Shown here: in pieces, positions 1 to 13,630 of the stretch
Numbering within the stretch: position 1 is the stretch's first letter
Layout of the letters: each line of letters opens with the position of its first letter
Assembly: GCF_009914755.1 (NCBI RefSeq)
Contig: NC_060926.1
Source of the DNA: the human T2T-CHM13v2.0 reference genome, Homo sapiens
Direction: 5' to 3' (one strand)
Length of the DNA stretch: 64,000 nt
Program-made: the position numbers and the translations under genes
Notes under the pieces: model-generated
Told to the model about the DNA's origin: nothing
What the model saw: only the letters and a program-made list of their open reading frames with translations
The model's database searches: none

Positions 1-1517
1 CAAATAAACACTAAAGGAAGACATGATACTTGCACATTTGTATAACTGGGGTGGAGGGAGCACATGGGCTACAAAATGTAGAAAAATCTTATACATCAAG
101 CATAATTTTGGCCTTGAACAGTAATGCCATTGTTTAGCTCTGAATTTCTTTTATACCTTGAGTCCCGCTATAGAATTTTTGCTATTGTTCTTTCATCTGT
201 AGGTCCCTTCTCTACAAGGAATAATCAGGATTCCAGGAACTACTCATATACTCAAAATTTTTGAAATGAGTTTTATGTCTTGGCCACATCTCCTTGATAT
301 CCTTCAGCAAGAAATATGTGGTTATAAAATCAAATGGGAAAAAACGACTGCAATGGTGGAAAAGGTTTTATTGTCAGATACACTAAAACACTTTGGATAT
401 GAATGTTATGTTTAATTGATATAAAAGTCTAAACACTTACCCACTGTGCTGTGATTATGGCCAGGGTCATTCTTCAGAGCTAATTCATTTAGAATATGTT
501 AAGAAAAATCCTGTAAGCATCAGTAATTGAGGAAAATTGAACTCTTGAACTTTTGCCAGATATTTGGCTGTATGCATTTTATGTGTTAACTGAGAAGAAG
601 CTGACAACTTGCTACATTCTGAAATCGTCTCAGTTGAGATTTGGGTTGCAGGAGACATTAGCCATTAGCCCAACTGCAGGGCTATTCACTGTGGCCGTAT
701 CATACCAGTGCTCAGGAGACAGCAGTCACACCTAAGAAGTATGTCCTTCCTCACCTGGACTGCTCTCATAGCAAAGCCACCTGAACATCCCTCGTTGTTT
801 TACCAACCAGATTCATCATCTGCTTCCTGATTCGGCAACGAGCATCACCTGTTACCTGAGGGAGTCCATCCTTGTAAGAATAAGAAACTTGACTAAGCAA
901 AGTTAGCATGTGGTTGCGTCTTCAAAGAGCACAAACGATCTTGTGAAGGCGATTGTTTGGATACCAAGAAAGATAAAGATCTCTTTCTATCTTTAGTGAT
1001 AGCACCCATAGGTGAATAGAAGGAAGGAGGCTCCGTCTTAGCCGGGAGGAAACTCACTTGTTCAACATCACTGGAACTTCTAAGTTGAAGTGGAAAAGGG
1101 AGCATGTGATTTTCAACACTTCCAACACTTCCAAGAGTAGCATGTTTCCATAGTCATGCATAATCTCAGTCTGATTTGAGGCTAAGAAAATATTAAAAGT
1201 TTCCAACTCTTAAAAAGTATAGGAGTCCCACGGCCTGGACACATAGTAAAACACTTAATAAACACTTTAGATTTTTTTTTCCAAGGAAGCAGATTACGTC
1301 TTGAAACACCCTTTACTCTCAGGCCAGTATGGTACGGTCAGTAAGAGGTATCAAGTAAAATTAATTATTGAAGAAAATTCTTCATTCTAGAGTCTAAATA
1401 ATTTCTCCTGAGATAATCTTTTTCCACAGTTATTTTATTATAATGGGATTACCCTAATAGTCTTTGCTAAAAGAGCTGAGATACATAAAATTATTTTTTC
1501 ATAGTATAGAGTTCTAA

Positions 1518-1854
<337 letters not shown>

Positions 1855-2394
1855 ACCTTTTTTATTTTCTTTAAAAATCAAAACAGAACATATTTGACTT
1901 AGGCCTTTATCAGACAGAGAGAAGGATGCACATACCTAAGCTGGTAAATAATTATGTCATCCTCATTTACAGTATAGGAACTTTCTCCGTAATTATTGTA
2001 CTTTGAGGATTAATTTTCCATATCTCATGTGTGTTCCTTAAGATTTCCACCTCATACCTTTTTTTTTTTTCAGCTAAAGCATAAATGTATTGACTCAATC
2101 TCAGTTTAAGAAGTAGGGTCAACAGAGCCTTAGGACCATCTCCTGGTGGCTAACCATGAATTGTTTCCTTTCATGATTTTTTTAAGCACATGTTGAGTTA
2201 GATGCCAAGATTCTGAAACCAGATGGAGCTGACTCAATGAGCTTCCATTTATGTTCCAGCATGCCAGCATTAGCTGGGTTCCAGCAGATACTTAAGTAAT
2301 GAGATTTGAGCAACATCTTCCCCAAAGTATTATCTTCTTTAGCCTATTGTAGTTTATGAAATTTGGGGGATTAAAATCTGGCTTAGAGAGAGTA

Positions 2395-2466
2395 GGTCAC
2401 TTCAATTCTCAAAGCCTTCATTTTCTTATCTATAAAATGAAAATAACAAAACCTACTTCATAAGGT
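2395..2466 (+). mobile_element. MIR fragment
   Basis: MIR core-like 'gccttcattttcttatctataaaatgaaaataacaaaacctacttcataagg'. Confidence 0.7.
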
Positions 2467-2489
2467 CTAGTAATGATTACATTAGAACA

Positions 2490-2780
2490 TCTGGTAGAAG
2501 AAGCCAGGCAAAGTGACTACATGCTGTGTTATTTCTTTTATGTGACATTACTGAAAAGACAAAACCTTAGGAAAATATTAGATCCATATTTGCCAGTGAT
2601 TGGTAGTGGGAACAGCAGACTGACTAAAAAGGGGCACAAGGGAAATTCGAGGAGTGATATGCTTTTTGTCTATCTTAATTGTTATGGTAGTTACACAACT
2701 ATTTACATTGTCAAAACTCATCACGGACTTTTAGTTTATACAAATTATAACTCAGCAGGCCTGACTTTTTAAATGAACAC
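2490..2780 (+). mobile_element. Old L1M (L1MC/MD/ME-like) 3' UTR fragment
   Basis: 'aaggggcacaagggaaatt..tatcttaattgttatggtagttacacaactatttacattgtcaaaactcatc' resembles L1M 3' ends. Confidence 0.7.
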
Positions 2781-2905
2781 TCATCACGGACTTTTAGTTT
2801 ATACAAATTATAACTCAACAGACCTGACTTTTTAAATGAACACTCATCACGGACTTTTAGTTTATACAAATTATAACTCAACAGGCCTGACTTTTTAAAT
2901 GAACA
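2716..2905. repeat. Tandem repeat, 63-bp unit x3
   Basis: Unit 'actcatcacggacttttagtttatacaaattataactca(g/a)cag(g/a)cctgactttttaaatgaac' starts at 2716, 2779 and 2842. Confidence 0.97.
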
Positions 2906-3281
2906 TATGTAATGGGTTTCACACACAATGCAGACTCAATAAACAAGCCCTGCTCACAACTTCTCTCAAAGGAGCCAAGCACAACAGGTACTTAAATTAA
3001 TGTCCTTTACATTGAAAGGTATTATATAAAACCAAAGCAAGCATTTTCCATTTTTAACACATTTCTAAGGCTTTTGCATTTCCATAAAGAAGGCAGTGAT
3101 GACTCATGATGTGATTTTAAGAATCTGAACTTACTAAGGTCCCTTGAAAGTAACCACAAAAAGGCTAGATCTAAAATATATTAAAATCCATATACAATTA
3201 ATTGTAGAGTGATTCATATAGATACAGTCTCTATTTTGTATTGCTTCTTTTTTAAATAGTTATCTGCTAGTGAACAAAAAA

Positions 3282-3334
3282 ATAAATATATACTTTTTGA
3301 TATTTCAAATAGATATCAAAAAGTATATATTTAT
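3282..3334. repeat. Perfect 22-bp inverted repeat with 9-nt spacer
   Basis: ataaatatatactttttgatat (3282-3303) is the exact reverse complement of atatcaaaaagtatatatttat (3313-3334). Confidence 0.95.
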
Positions 3335-3504
3335 AGCTTTTGAAGTATAACTTTTAAACTTTATCAAATATAAAAGTATATATTCTATTTGATATATAGG
3401 TATGTGTATGTATATATGTATATTTATTTGATATATATGTATTTGAATAGAAATAGAAAGTGAATACTAGTAACCTGATGGCTAAGAACGATCACATATT
3501 TATA

Positions 3505-3625
3505 TGTATTCATTCAACACATGCACTGTGGGTTGTATTCTGTGCCAGGAGATGAGGATGCAGGGATGAATAAATAGTATTTCTGTCCTCAAGAAGCTCA
3601 TACTTTATAGTGATTTAGAGACATG
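3505..3625 (-). mobile_element. L2 3' end fragment
   Basis: 'attcattcaacac..tgtgccagg..ggatgaataa..tgtcctcaagaagctcat' is typical of an antisense L2 3' end. Confidence 0.7.
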
Positions 3626-4309
3626 TATGATGAAATTGACACTCTAATGTGAGTCTGAACAATTTTTAGGCAAGCAAATGCTCTTCATGCACTACATTCC
3701 ATAACCAACCTATGCACAGCAGTAAGTGGAGTCTTTGGGGCTTGGTTTTTGTTACCACGTTTGTTACAGAATGCCATATTTGGACCTATGACAAAAAAAA
3801 AAGTAATCTTAAGTCAGGCTTGCTTATTGGAGAATAAAATAGAATCATGAGGTAGGAGATTTGGAGGGACTCTGTTACAGTCAAATAATTTTATTTTAAG
3901 GAAAGCAGATTTACTCCTTAACACTATCTTAAAATCAGGAGAAAATGTAAGAAACTTTCATAAAATATTTAATATAGTTTCAAAGTTGTGAGCGTATCAC
4001 TGTTCAGAAGTTAACTGCAAAACAGAGATGACTATATTTGCCATAATTATCAATAATGATGTATATATATATATATACTCTATAGTTACACTGGGATGAG
4101 CATTAATGGATTGGTAATGAATGAACAACAGCAATGATTCAACAACATTAGTTGGCTAAAGCTTCACAAGAATAAGGAAAACACAGCAGGAACCTTATAG
4201 AGGTAAGTGAAGCATGAAATTCAGTTACGTCTTTGACCTAATAGCATTAGGTCAAAGCCTTTCAACTTTATCTCTTTACTAATTATGGAACGAACCCTGT
4301 TTAAACTCT

Positions 4310-4465
4310 TCATACCATATAATTCTCTAAGCAATTCTTAGTGGTAGTTATTATTATTCACATTTTAGCGATGAGAAAATTGAAATCCAGATAGATCAAG
4401 TGACTTATCTAAGATAACCCAACCAGTAAGTGGCAGAGATGGAATTTGACCTCAGCCAATCTGGG
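4310..4465 (-). mobile_element. MIR
   Basis: 'ttattattcacattttagcgatgagaaaattgaaatccag..aagtgacttatctaagataacccaaccagtaagtggcagagatggaatttga'. Confidence 0.85.
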
Positions 4466-5179
4466 TCCTGGTCCCCACCCTTGACTCTGTATGATACAGT
4501 GTTACAACAAGAGCATGGGTAGAGATGCAATTAGAAGGTAAGAATTATATCTGCAAAATCTTGATTAGTCCTAACAATAATAATGTAGTCACTACTGTTA
4601 ACCCAACTTGATGCAGGCTAATAGCTAAAGGTCATAAAGTGTCCAAAGAAAGATTTAGTAGTAAGTACAATATCCCAGGAGAATCTACCTCCAGAGTGCA
4701 AGTCGTTATACTACTCAAGTTGATATCTTCCAATGTAGGTGTCTAAAAGCCCTTTCTAGTTCTGAATTTCACTGATTCTAAAAGGGAGTTTGTGGTTAGT
4801 ATAGCTGGTGGGGGTAGACTTACATTGCTGCCAAGTGCAGAAATACACTAAAGCCATGCACAGCAACTCAAGGGTCAGCATTTTTGTCCCACTTCTGGGC
4901 ATCCTGAAAATCCTTTCTTCTTTGAGCTTCCTCAAAATCTTGTATAAACTGGGCTTAAACTAGGTAGATCTCAGCTGGAGGGAAAGTTCTAGCAGGCTGA
5001 GGAAGCCTAGAAAGTTTGCATTCTCTAAGCAATGTTAGCATGAACTCTTTGTACTCATTACTTCTTAGTATATGGCAGCAGCTTCAGAAAGGTGAGTCAG
5101 GAAACATTCACATTCCCAACAATTAGAATGTCACCACTCTTTGTTCATTCTTTTGAATTATAGTCAAGAAGTGTCTTAT

Positions 5180-5485
5180 TAATTCAACACAATGCATAAA
5201 TATATCTTGAGTATCTCCAATGAATCATGTACTGTTCAAGCCTCTGGCAATACAAACAATAAAAGACACTCCTACGTCTCAAGGAACTATCACTTTGGGT
5301 GACAGAGAGAGACATCTAAACAAATATACTTACAATGTTGGTAATACATTCATGGAGGCACATGGGAAGGACCCAGAAGCAGAGGAGGTTCACTGTGCTT
5401 GGATGCAGATAGCAGGAGTTAATATGGAAGAAGTCAAGAATGTCTTCCCAGAGATGGTGAAAAACAAAATGAGTTTTGAAGATAT
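5180..5485 (-). mobile_element. L2 fragment
   Basis: 'attcaacac..ttgagtatctc..aaagacactcctacgtctcaaggaactatcac..gagagagac' and downstream 'aagaatgtcttcccagagatgg..tgagttttgaag'. Confidence 0.65.
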
Positions 5486-5936
5486 GATGGGAAAATACAC
5501 TGATTTTTAGATATAGCTCTAGATAAAAATAAAGAGACAAAGTGTTACAGGTAAAATTAGCTGCAGATACATCTTAGTTGTCATGTAGTTGATCCAATTG
5601 AGTGAACAATTGAACAACAATTAGAACACAAACAAACCTCCATGATCTGAGGCCTGCTGAACTCTCTTTTCTGACAGCCCTTCCCACTGCACATTGGATA
5701 TAGAATGATGCCATGGCATTCCATGCATCCATGCCTTTGAACACACTATCTCCTCTGCTTGAATGACCTTTGCTGCTTATGTAGAAGGAAAAAACAGTTA
5801 CATTCATACCTAAGGTTCCAGAGCTTCCAAGACCTTGTCAAAGAAAATAGACTCCTAGCTTTTCTCTACTGAATGCAATCTCCGTTATCAGGCCATAAGC
5901 TCCTTAGGAGCTAGCGCTAGATCTGAGTGAACACTG

Positions 5937-6064
5937 CCAGTAGTGTGATGAATTTGGCTTTTATAGGCTCAAAAGAAATATTGTTAAATGTACAACATTT
6001 TTTGAGCCATTTGTTAAATTTTTGGCAGCTTGAAGTCATCTATGGTGGGAGCTGACAAACACTA
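5937..6064. mobile_element. MER63-like hAT DNA transposon fragment
   Basis: 'ccagtagtgtg..ttgttaaat..ttttgagcc..ttgttaaa..agcttgaagtcatctatggtgggag' resembles MER63. Confidence 0.55.
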
Positions 6065-7319
6065 CATTAAAAAAAGATCAAAAAATTTGTTGGATAAATT
6101 ACATTAGAGTAATTTTTAAAGTCACATATTCAAGTTGTAGTGATTTAAATTAAATAAAGTTAGTGCAGATTATAAGAATTGATGAGTATTGAATTGATGA
6201 GTATTGGAAAAGGGGATGAGTGGAGACACCTCTCTGAGCAGTGTGAGTTTTGAAAAGGAAATCAAATTATTAGAGAAGATAATGGTAGCCAAAAAGACTT
6301 TCTAAGGATCAGTGTTCTCATAATTAAAAAAAAGAAGGCATAAGAATTTCTGCCAAACATACTTTTTCAAAAATAAAAAAGATATATGAAAATGTTTTAT
6401 AAACCATGTAGTACATAACTATATAATATATACATTATATAGTGTATAGTTGCAATTATTGGACTAAAAGCAGTTAATACAGGCTTTACATATGTTAAGA
6501 CTTTTATTCAGAAGTAAATGAAATGTACTCTTTGAGAATGGGTATATTTTATTGTTTTTTATAACCATATTCTCATTTATTTTTGAAACTCTTCTTAGAA
6601 TAAGAAAAGAGTACAGGAAGACCAACAAGTCACATTCAAACCTTATAATTCTGCAGCCTAGGAAACACTGTCTTGTGCTGGAAATGGCTTCCTTTCTTCC
6701 TGGTCCAACTTTTTTGAACTGCCCATGGATTTTGCACTGTACAAATCACAATCCTTAGAAATATATTACCCACATACATTTCTGAAGAGGGTTTTCAGGG
6801 CCCTTTTTTGAGTATTACTTTTGGATATATTATTCCTACTAAATTATATTTCTTCCAGAAAAAGTTTTGAAAAGTTGGCAACCTCCCTATTTCAGTCCTT
6901 CATATTATGCCACTTGTTACAGTCATAAACAGCAAGGAAAGAAGGAAGTTTGACCAAATGCAAATGGCTGGGAAGAAGTAGCCCTTTCAGAGTTGCTGAA
7001 TGTCTCGTGTGAAAATGCTTTGTGGCTGAGCTTAAGAAATAAATATAAAGTAGTATTTAAATCCTCATCTCAAAGCTTCTATCAGTAATAGATATGAAGC
7101 CCAAAGCAGTAAATGTTTAAATGACTACTTTACATCTCTTAAATGCAGTGTTATGTCCTGGCTATATGGTAATGACATCATTAAACAGAAATCCTTTGAG
7201 CCGCAGAACCAAGATGCTTTATAGTAAGTTCTATGAAGTTACATAGTCAAAGAGTTCACTGTTCTTTAAGTTAGACTCATATCCGCAATTTTATGACAGG
7301 TTCTGCTTAAATAATTGTA

Positions 7320-7530
7320 GGGTAGTGGTAAAGCATGGACTTTAGGGTCAATAATCTGAAGATCTAAATTTGAATTTGTCGTGTCTTTCATTAGTTAGCT
7401 GACATTCTGGATTTCAGTTTCAAGACCTTTAAAATGGGAATAATAGCAATCATCTTAAACATGTCCAAGAAAGAGTGAGACAATTAAATAAATACATTAC
7501 TAAGAAGGGCTATAAATGAAATGTTATTAT
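7320..7530 (+). mobile_element. MIR
   Basis: 'gtagtggtaaagcatggactttagggtca..tttcagttt..taaaatgggaataatagc'. Confidence 0.75.
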
Positions 7531-7783
7531 AGGTATTAGCATCATCATTATCATTCATTACCCTAATCATTATCATCTTTAAGCAATATTAAGGGATGAC
7601 ACTTACAGATAGACTGAGTCTTACTCTCTGGGTCAAGAAGGTTATTTCAAAATGCAAGTTACTAAAGTATATTATATATGCAAAACATTTGGCTTATTAA
7701 AACTCAAGTGTCATGGCTCATAGCCGAGACCTGCACTTTCATATAAATGTGATTTGATCATATGTATCATATTCAAAAATATC

Positions 7784-8231
7784 TATTAGTCCTATAACGT
7801 TAGCCACAGTGGCTAATTTCTATAATAGCTTCACATTTTAGTTACTTACCAACATAAATATTTATTTCTTATTTATGTTACAGTAAACTTAAGTTTGCTT
7901 GGGTGGAAGGTTGTCTCTTTTTCACGCAATTATTTAGAGTTCCAGGCTTCATCCATCTAATGGCTTTGTTAAAGTCTAGAGTCTTGGAGTGTACCACTGA
8001 CTCCGTTAATCTGACCGGCAGATAAAATAGTAAAGAAATCATGGAAGCTTGCAAGGAAAGTACATGAACCAGGCCTGGAAGTGGTATATACCACTTCCAT
8101 GAAAAATCCTACTGGTTTAAAATCGGTCGCATGACTGCACCTAATTGCAAAGGAAGCCAGAAAATGTAGTCCACCTATATGCTCTGATGGAAGATAAAAT
8201 GGATTTGATGAGTCTTGCCAGCCTCTGCCAT
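7784..8231 (-). mobile_element. MLT1 (MLT1J/K-like) MaLR LTR
   Basis: 'ccaggcctggaagtggtatataccacttcc..catgactgcacctaattgcaaaggaagccagaaaatgtagtc' is characteristic of antisense MLT1J/K. Confidence 0.75.
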
Positions 8232-9250
8232 AGGGTTCTAGCATATTACAATAAATTATGAATTTAATTGACCGAAAGACAAAGCGCAACTTAATGGTGT
8301 CACAATCCCATGTTAGTTATAAAAAATAATGTATAATCTATTCTCCCCTTTATGGTTACTGTAAAAATTAGTAGCACCCTAGTTAATTCAATGCCAGAAA
8401 GCAGCTGTCTTGAGAGTTCATGGTCTTAAGCTTTACATGCCTGGGCTCTATTTTTGGTCCAGTGGAGTTGGTACCTCTGGGGCCTGAGTAATCCCGTGTT
8501 GCAGCAGACAGAGTTCCTCTGCTGCAGTCAGGCCTTCTCATCAGTGTATACCCCTGTGAAACTTCCAGACTACACAGAATAACCTGGCTTTCTCTCCTGG
8601 ATGTGGATGTGGACACTAAATGCTCTTCATCTGAACGAAGAGGTTTGTGTTTCATAAAGATTAAGCTAACTATGAGGAAAAAACAGGCAACCAGACTCTT
8701 CTGAGATTTTCTGTCTGCATATAGACATCAATATAAACATAGGTATATGTTTGTTCAGTATGGCTTTTATTATTAACAGAACAAGAGCCAGCTCCCTGAG
8801 AGCTACCCAAGGTCCTAAACCACCTCTGATCAAAGTTATCTCATATCTAGGGTAGCAGAGGACTCCTGATTTTTCAGAGGACCTATTCCCGTCATATCTT
8901 ATAAAATGTAATGATTGACTTCTTACATACAAGCTGCTAATTTTGATATGGTCTAAGCTGATATCAGTTTACGCTGAGGACTTTTTCATATCCCAACATA
9001 ACTTGACCTTTCATCCCATTTGATTGCATGGTCTGTTCATGACCAGCCCTGACCTGTGATAACCCTCCTTTATAATATTCTGGTGTTAAGGATGCCCAAC
9101 CTTGCGCTAAAGTAACCTGATAGACCCAGAAATGCTGCCAGTACAGCTATTTTATCAGGTGGGATTTAGATATTTATGCTTCTGTGATCATGTTTATCAA
9201 AAATTCCAAAAACATTTTCTCATGAGGATAACATAAGAAAGGAGGGAAGG

Positions 9251-9716
<466 letters not shown>

Positions 9717-10374
9717 TTATCATACTTATTTTTCTCATGAAATATCCTTCATGTGTGATCTTTATATTCTTTGGAAAATCTAAAAGACTTACAGTTAGTC
9801 AAAGTAAGCACCAACCTAAGTTCCAATCTAATTTCAGAAGTCTGAATCATTATTTTAATTCTTTAGGGTACTGGAAGGAATTTAGGTTCAAGATAGCTGT
9901 GAACAATGTGTTTATATAGTAAAACAAGATTTATTTATTTGTTATCACTAAATTCCATTTAAATTTTACAATAGCTATTATTACAATAACACACTATTAA
10001 ATTACAACTGCATTTATGTAGATACAACATTCCTCAAAAATGTTGTTTGGTATTTAAAGGGCATTATTATGATTATCAGAAAGAAATTTTGTTAAATTGC
10101 ATTTAAGATATCTTAAATGTTTATCTAGTTGATTGGTTGATTTATTGACATGAGTAGAATATTTTAAATTAGTAGGCTACCTAGTTAAATTAATGAATTT
10201 TTATCTTTAGTATCATGAATGAAAATGTTGCACATGTTGAGAATGAATATGAGACAGTCTTTAAGTCAAGAGCATTACAATCTGATTGGGAAGATTATTC
10301 TATTGAATATCATTTGTCAGTTACTGTGAATAGAATGGTGAATGAGACATTTAATTTGCATGTACTTGTCATAT

Positions 10375-10530
10375 CTTTCCTACTAGGATATAAGCTTCAA
10401 GTTTCAGAAGATGAGAAATGTGTTTAACATCTCCCTCTCTCTCTTTTTGTACAGCTCTTGATTGTCACAAAGTCCGATGTGCTTGTAGTTAGCAAAAATA
10501 GTTGGATAAGATAAATAAATGAATGAATAA
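10375..10530 (+). mobile_element. L2 3' end fragment
   Basis: 'ctactaggatataagcttc..' ending in 'aaatgaatgaataaa'. Confidence 0.5.
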
Positions 10531-12950
10531 ATACACAATAACATTTTGTAGAGAGGATGTAATAGATCCTAGGAACTTCCATTTAACCTGTGAAATCTCT
10601 CCACACATACAGTTCAGAGGCAAAATGTTCTGGTTTTCTAAATCCTCGTGATCACATCACTGTTGTCAGTTTGCCTTAAAGAAAAAGTTGGAAAAGCTCA
10701 TAGAGGCTAGTTGCTTTTAGCTGTGAATCTCCAAATACTTGAACATTTCAGAATGAAGCCAAACACTGTTTAAAATATCAGCAAGTGGTTATCCATGGAT
10801 GGTGGGATTCACGGCTTAATGTTTGTTTATGTTTTCATTTATTTATTATTCTTTTGCAGAGGGGCACAGATAGATCCATTATTTGTGACACATGGTACAG
10901 GCATTTGAAAAGATTCATTGATAGCAACATCACAGCAAGTAATACAGAAGTCCATATTGTTTTTCCATCAAGAGTTATGCTGAAACTAGCAGAGCTTATG
11001 CTATGAAAAGCCCCCTGGTAGAGAACCTCTTCACCCTAACAGCCTACATATGTGGGAAAGGGAAGCAGGGCATATCTAGATGAGTATATAATTGGGGGAG
11101 CATCTTGAGAAAGACAATGATCTTTTTCAAAAGGGCCAAGCCTCGTGATCTCAGCCTCTGGTATCTGCCTGTTCTTCCAATGAGTTCTCTCAGGTCTGCA
11201 GAGCTAGCTGCTTGCTCATTTATTGAAAAGGACTGGAAGGAGCGTCCAGGGCCATCTGCATTTGTCTCTCCTCACATGCATCTTCTAAATTTTCCACAAT
11301 CATCATGTTCGTAATAAAAACATATAAGGTGTTTTTTGTTTTTACAAGGTAAATTAAATTGTGTATGATATTTTTTATTCTTTAAATGTCGTACACAAAT
11401 GCATCATCGCACTTTAGCCTTAATTGGCCAACCCTGGGTATTATCCTGACTAACAATGGAAGAAATTAAAGAATCATGAGTCTTCAAAGTCAGCTTTTGA
11501 AGCCAGCCTCAACCTACTTAATTACAGTTGTGCGTGTGTGTGCATGTACGTTGCATATTTTTTAATGGAATCTTCATACTAGTCATGAGAATGGATAGTC
11601 TTCTATTTTTCTTTTAATTTTGCGTATAAGGAGAGATGGAGATTATGATAGAATAAACAAGTTGCTGAATGAAGGACACACAGTTAAGAAGTGACTTAGT
11701 CTTACCTCCAGTGAAACCTGTGGAATATATATATATATATATGGAATATATATACACATATATGTATACTGAACTTTGCAACAATTTACTTGATTTACAT
11801 TTGGCTCTTTTACAAAAAGTCAGAGTGAGAAAGAGAAAATTCCATAGAATTAGAATATTCTAATTCTAATTTATACAAACTATCATGGGTTTATAGCATC
11901 TGAAGGCACCCATTTGAGTAGGGGGGTGTTACATTGACTAATATTGACCTATTTCTGAGAAGACATGAAAGTTAAAGGGTCAATTGAGTGTTGTTGTTTT
12001 CAAGACCAGTTTAGCTCCTCTTTTCATTTTATAGTCACATTTAGGAATTCATAGCATTCAAAGCCATGATAAACAGATTATGCAAAAGTAAGTAAGTGGA
12101 TAGTGACTATAGTTGCATTTTATGTTAACTGCATCCTTAAAATAAACATTAGCATATCACAGCTTTTCTAGAGAATAATTTCAGTGATTTCAAATTAGCT
12201 TGTTTCAGTAATTTCACATAATGCAACCCACAGAGTGCAGTGAAAAGAACAGAGTGAGGACCACCAGACCTCAGCTTAAAAACACTCCTCAGCTTTTTGT
12301 TACAAAAAGAGGCAGGTAGTGTAATTCTTCCTTGTAATTTCTACCATTCAGTGCCTATGTAATAATAAAATGAGAAAGAATTGATAGAATATGCTAATCC
12401 AAAAACATAAACCATTATCTTTATAAGGAAAATTAAAATACAGATTAGAAACAAAAAATATCTCTGAACAAAGTCATTAAAATTAAAAACTAATTTAACA
12501 AGGGTTTAAAGATATGTAATGATATAGTATAAAAGCTAAATTAAAGTATCTAAAAGTAAACAAGTGTTGAAAAGATCTGTAACTCACTTATTGGAAATAT
12601 AAAACTGCATCAAAGCGAAAATAGTGTAAATAGCTAATAGAAAAAGGAAAGGTGCTTAAAGAAATGTAACCTAGAAACAAATGATAAATAAAATGACAGC
12701 AAATATGCATCAGAATTAAAATACAAACAAAAATAGTTGAAATTCGAAGGTAACTATTTTCTGTACTTTCCATCTCTTAACACATTTTCACCCTCTGTAG
12801 GGTCAAAGACAGAACAGATATAAGAAGAGTGCGTTAAAACAATTTACCTGTTCTCATAGAGACAGGAAACAGTTATTAAATAACTAAACATATAAACATA
12901 AAATATTTGCATTTTATACTTGTTTTATGTAACTTAAACTGTTTCCCATC

Positions 12951-13226
<276 letters not shown>

Positions 13227-13254
13227 CTCTCTCTCCTCCCTCCCCCTATATATA

Positions 13255-13630
13255 TTCCCCATCCTACCTCTTGCTCTAGTCACTGCTGTAGTGATCAGTT
13301 TTTCCCCTAGACAGAGCCTCCTTTTGTGCTCTGTAAATCCTCCAATGACCCATTTCTGCCTCCTGCCTTGGGGTTTCTGTAAGGCTGTGGCAAGTAATGC
13401 CAGAAAAACCTGACCTGCGCATGTACAACCAAAACCAGAAGCACAAGGGAGTTAATGCCTGTGAGGCTATCCTTGAGCAGTGGGGGTTGGGACCTGATGT
13501 GAAAAATCTGAAATATAGTATATGCAGGTTCACAGAAGTCCCATTGGGATCAAGAACCTCCTGTAGTGTCGACTAACCTGATCAAATAACACTATTTTGG
13601 CTTTCTTCCCATTCATTTTTGACTCCCTCA
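13255..13630 (+). mobile_element. LTR16-like ERVL LTR
   Basis: 'gcacaagggagttaatgcctgtgaggctatccttgagcagtgggggttggga..cagaagtcccattgggatcaag..ttggctttcttccc' matches the LTR16 pattern. Confidence 0.7.

Noticed and set aside
2711-2926. ORF with a 21-aa repeat
   Set aside because: It is the in-frame reading of the 63-bp tandem repeat; there is no other coding evidence
10840-10945. Acceptor-like ttcttttgcag (and a similar site at about 29078) as coding exons
   Set aside because: The peptides are unrecognisable, the donor sites are weak, and such signals are common by chance
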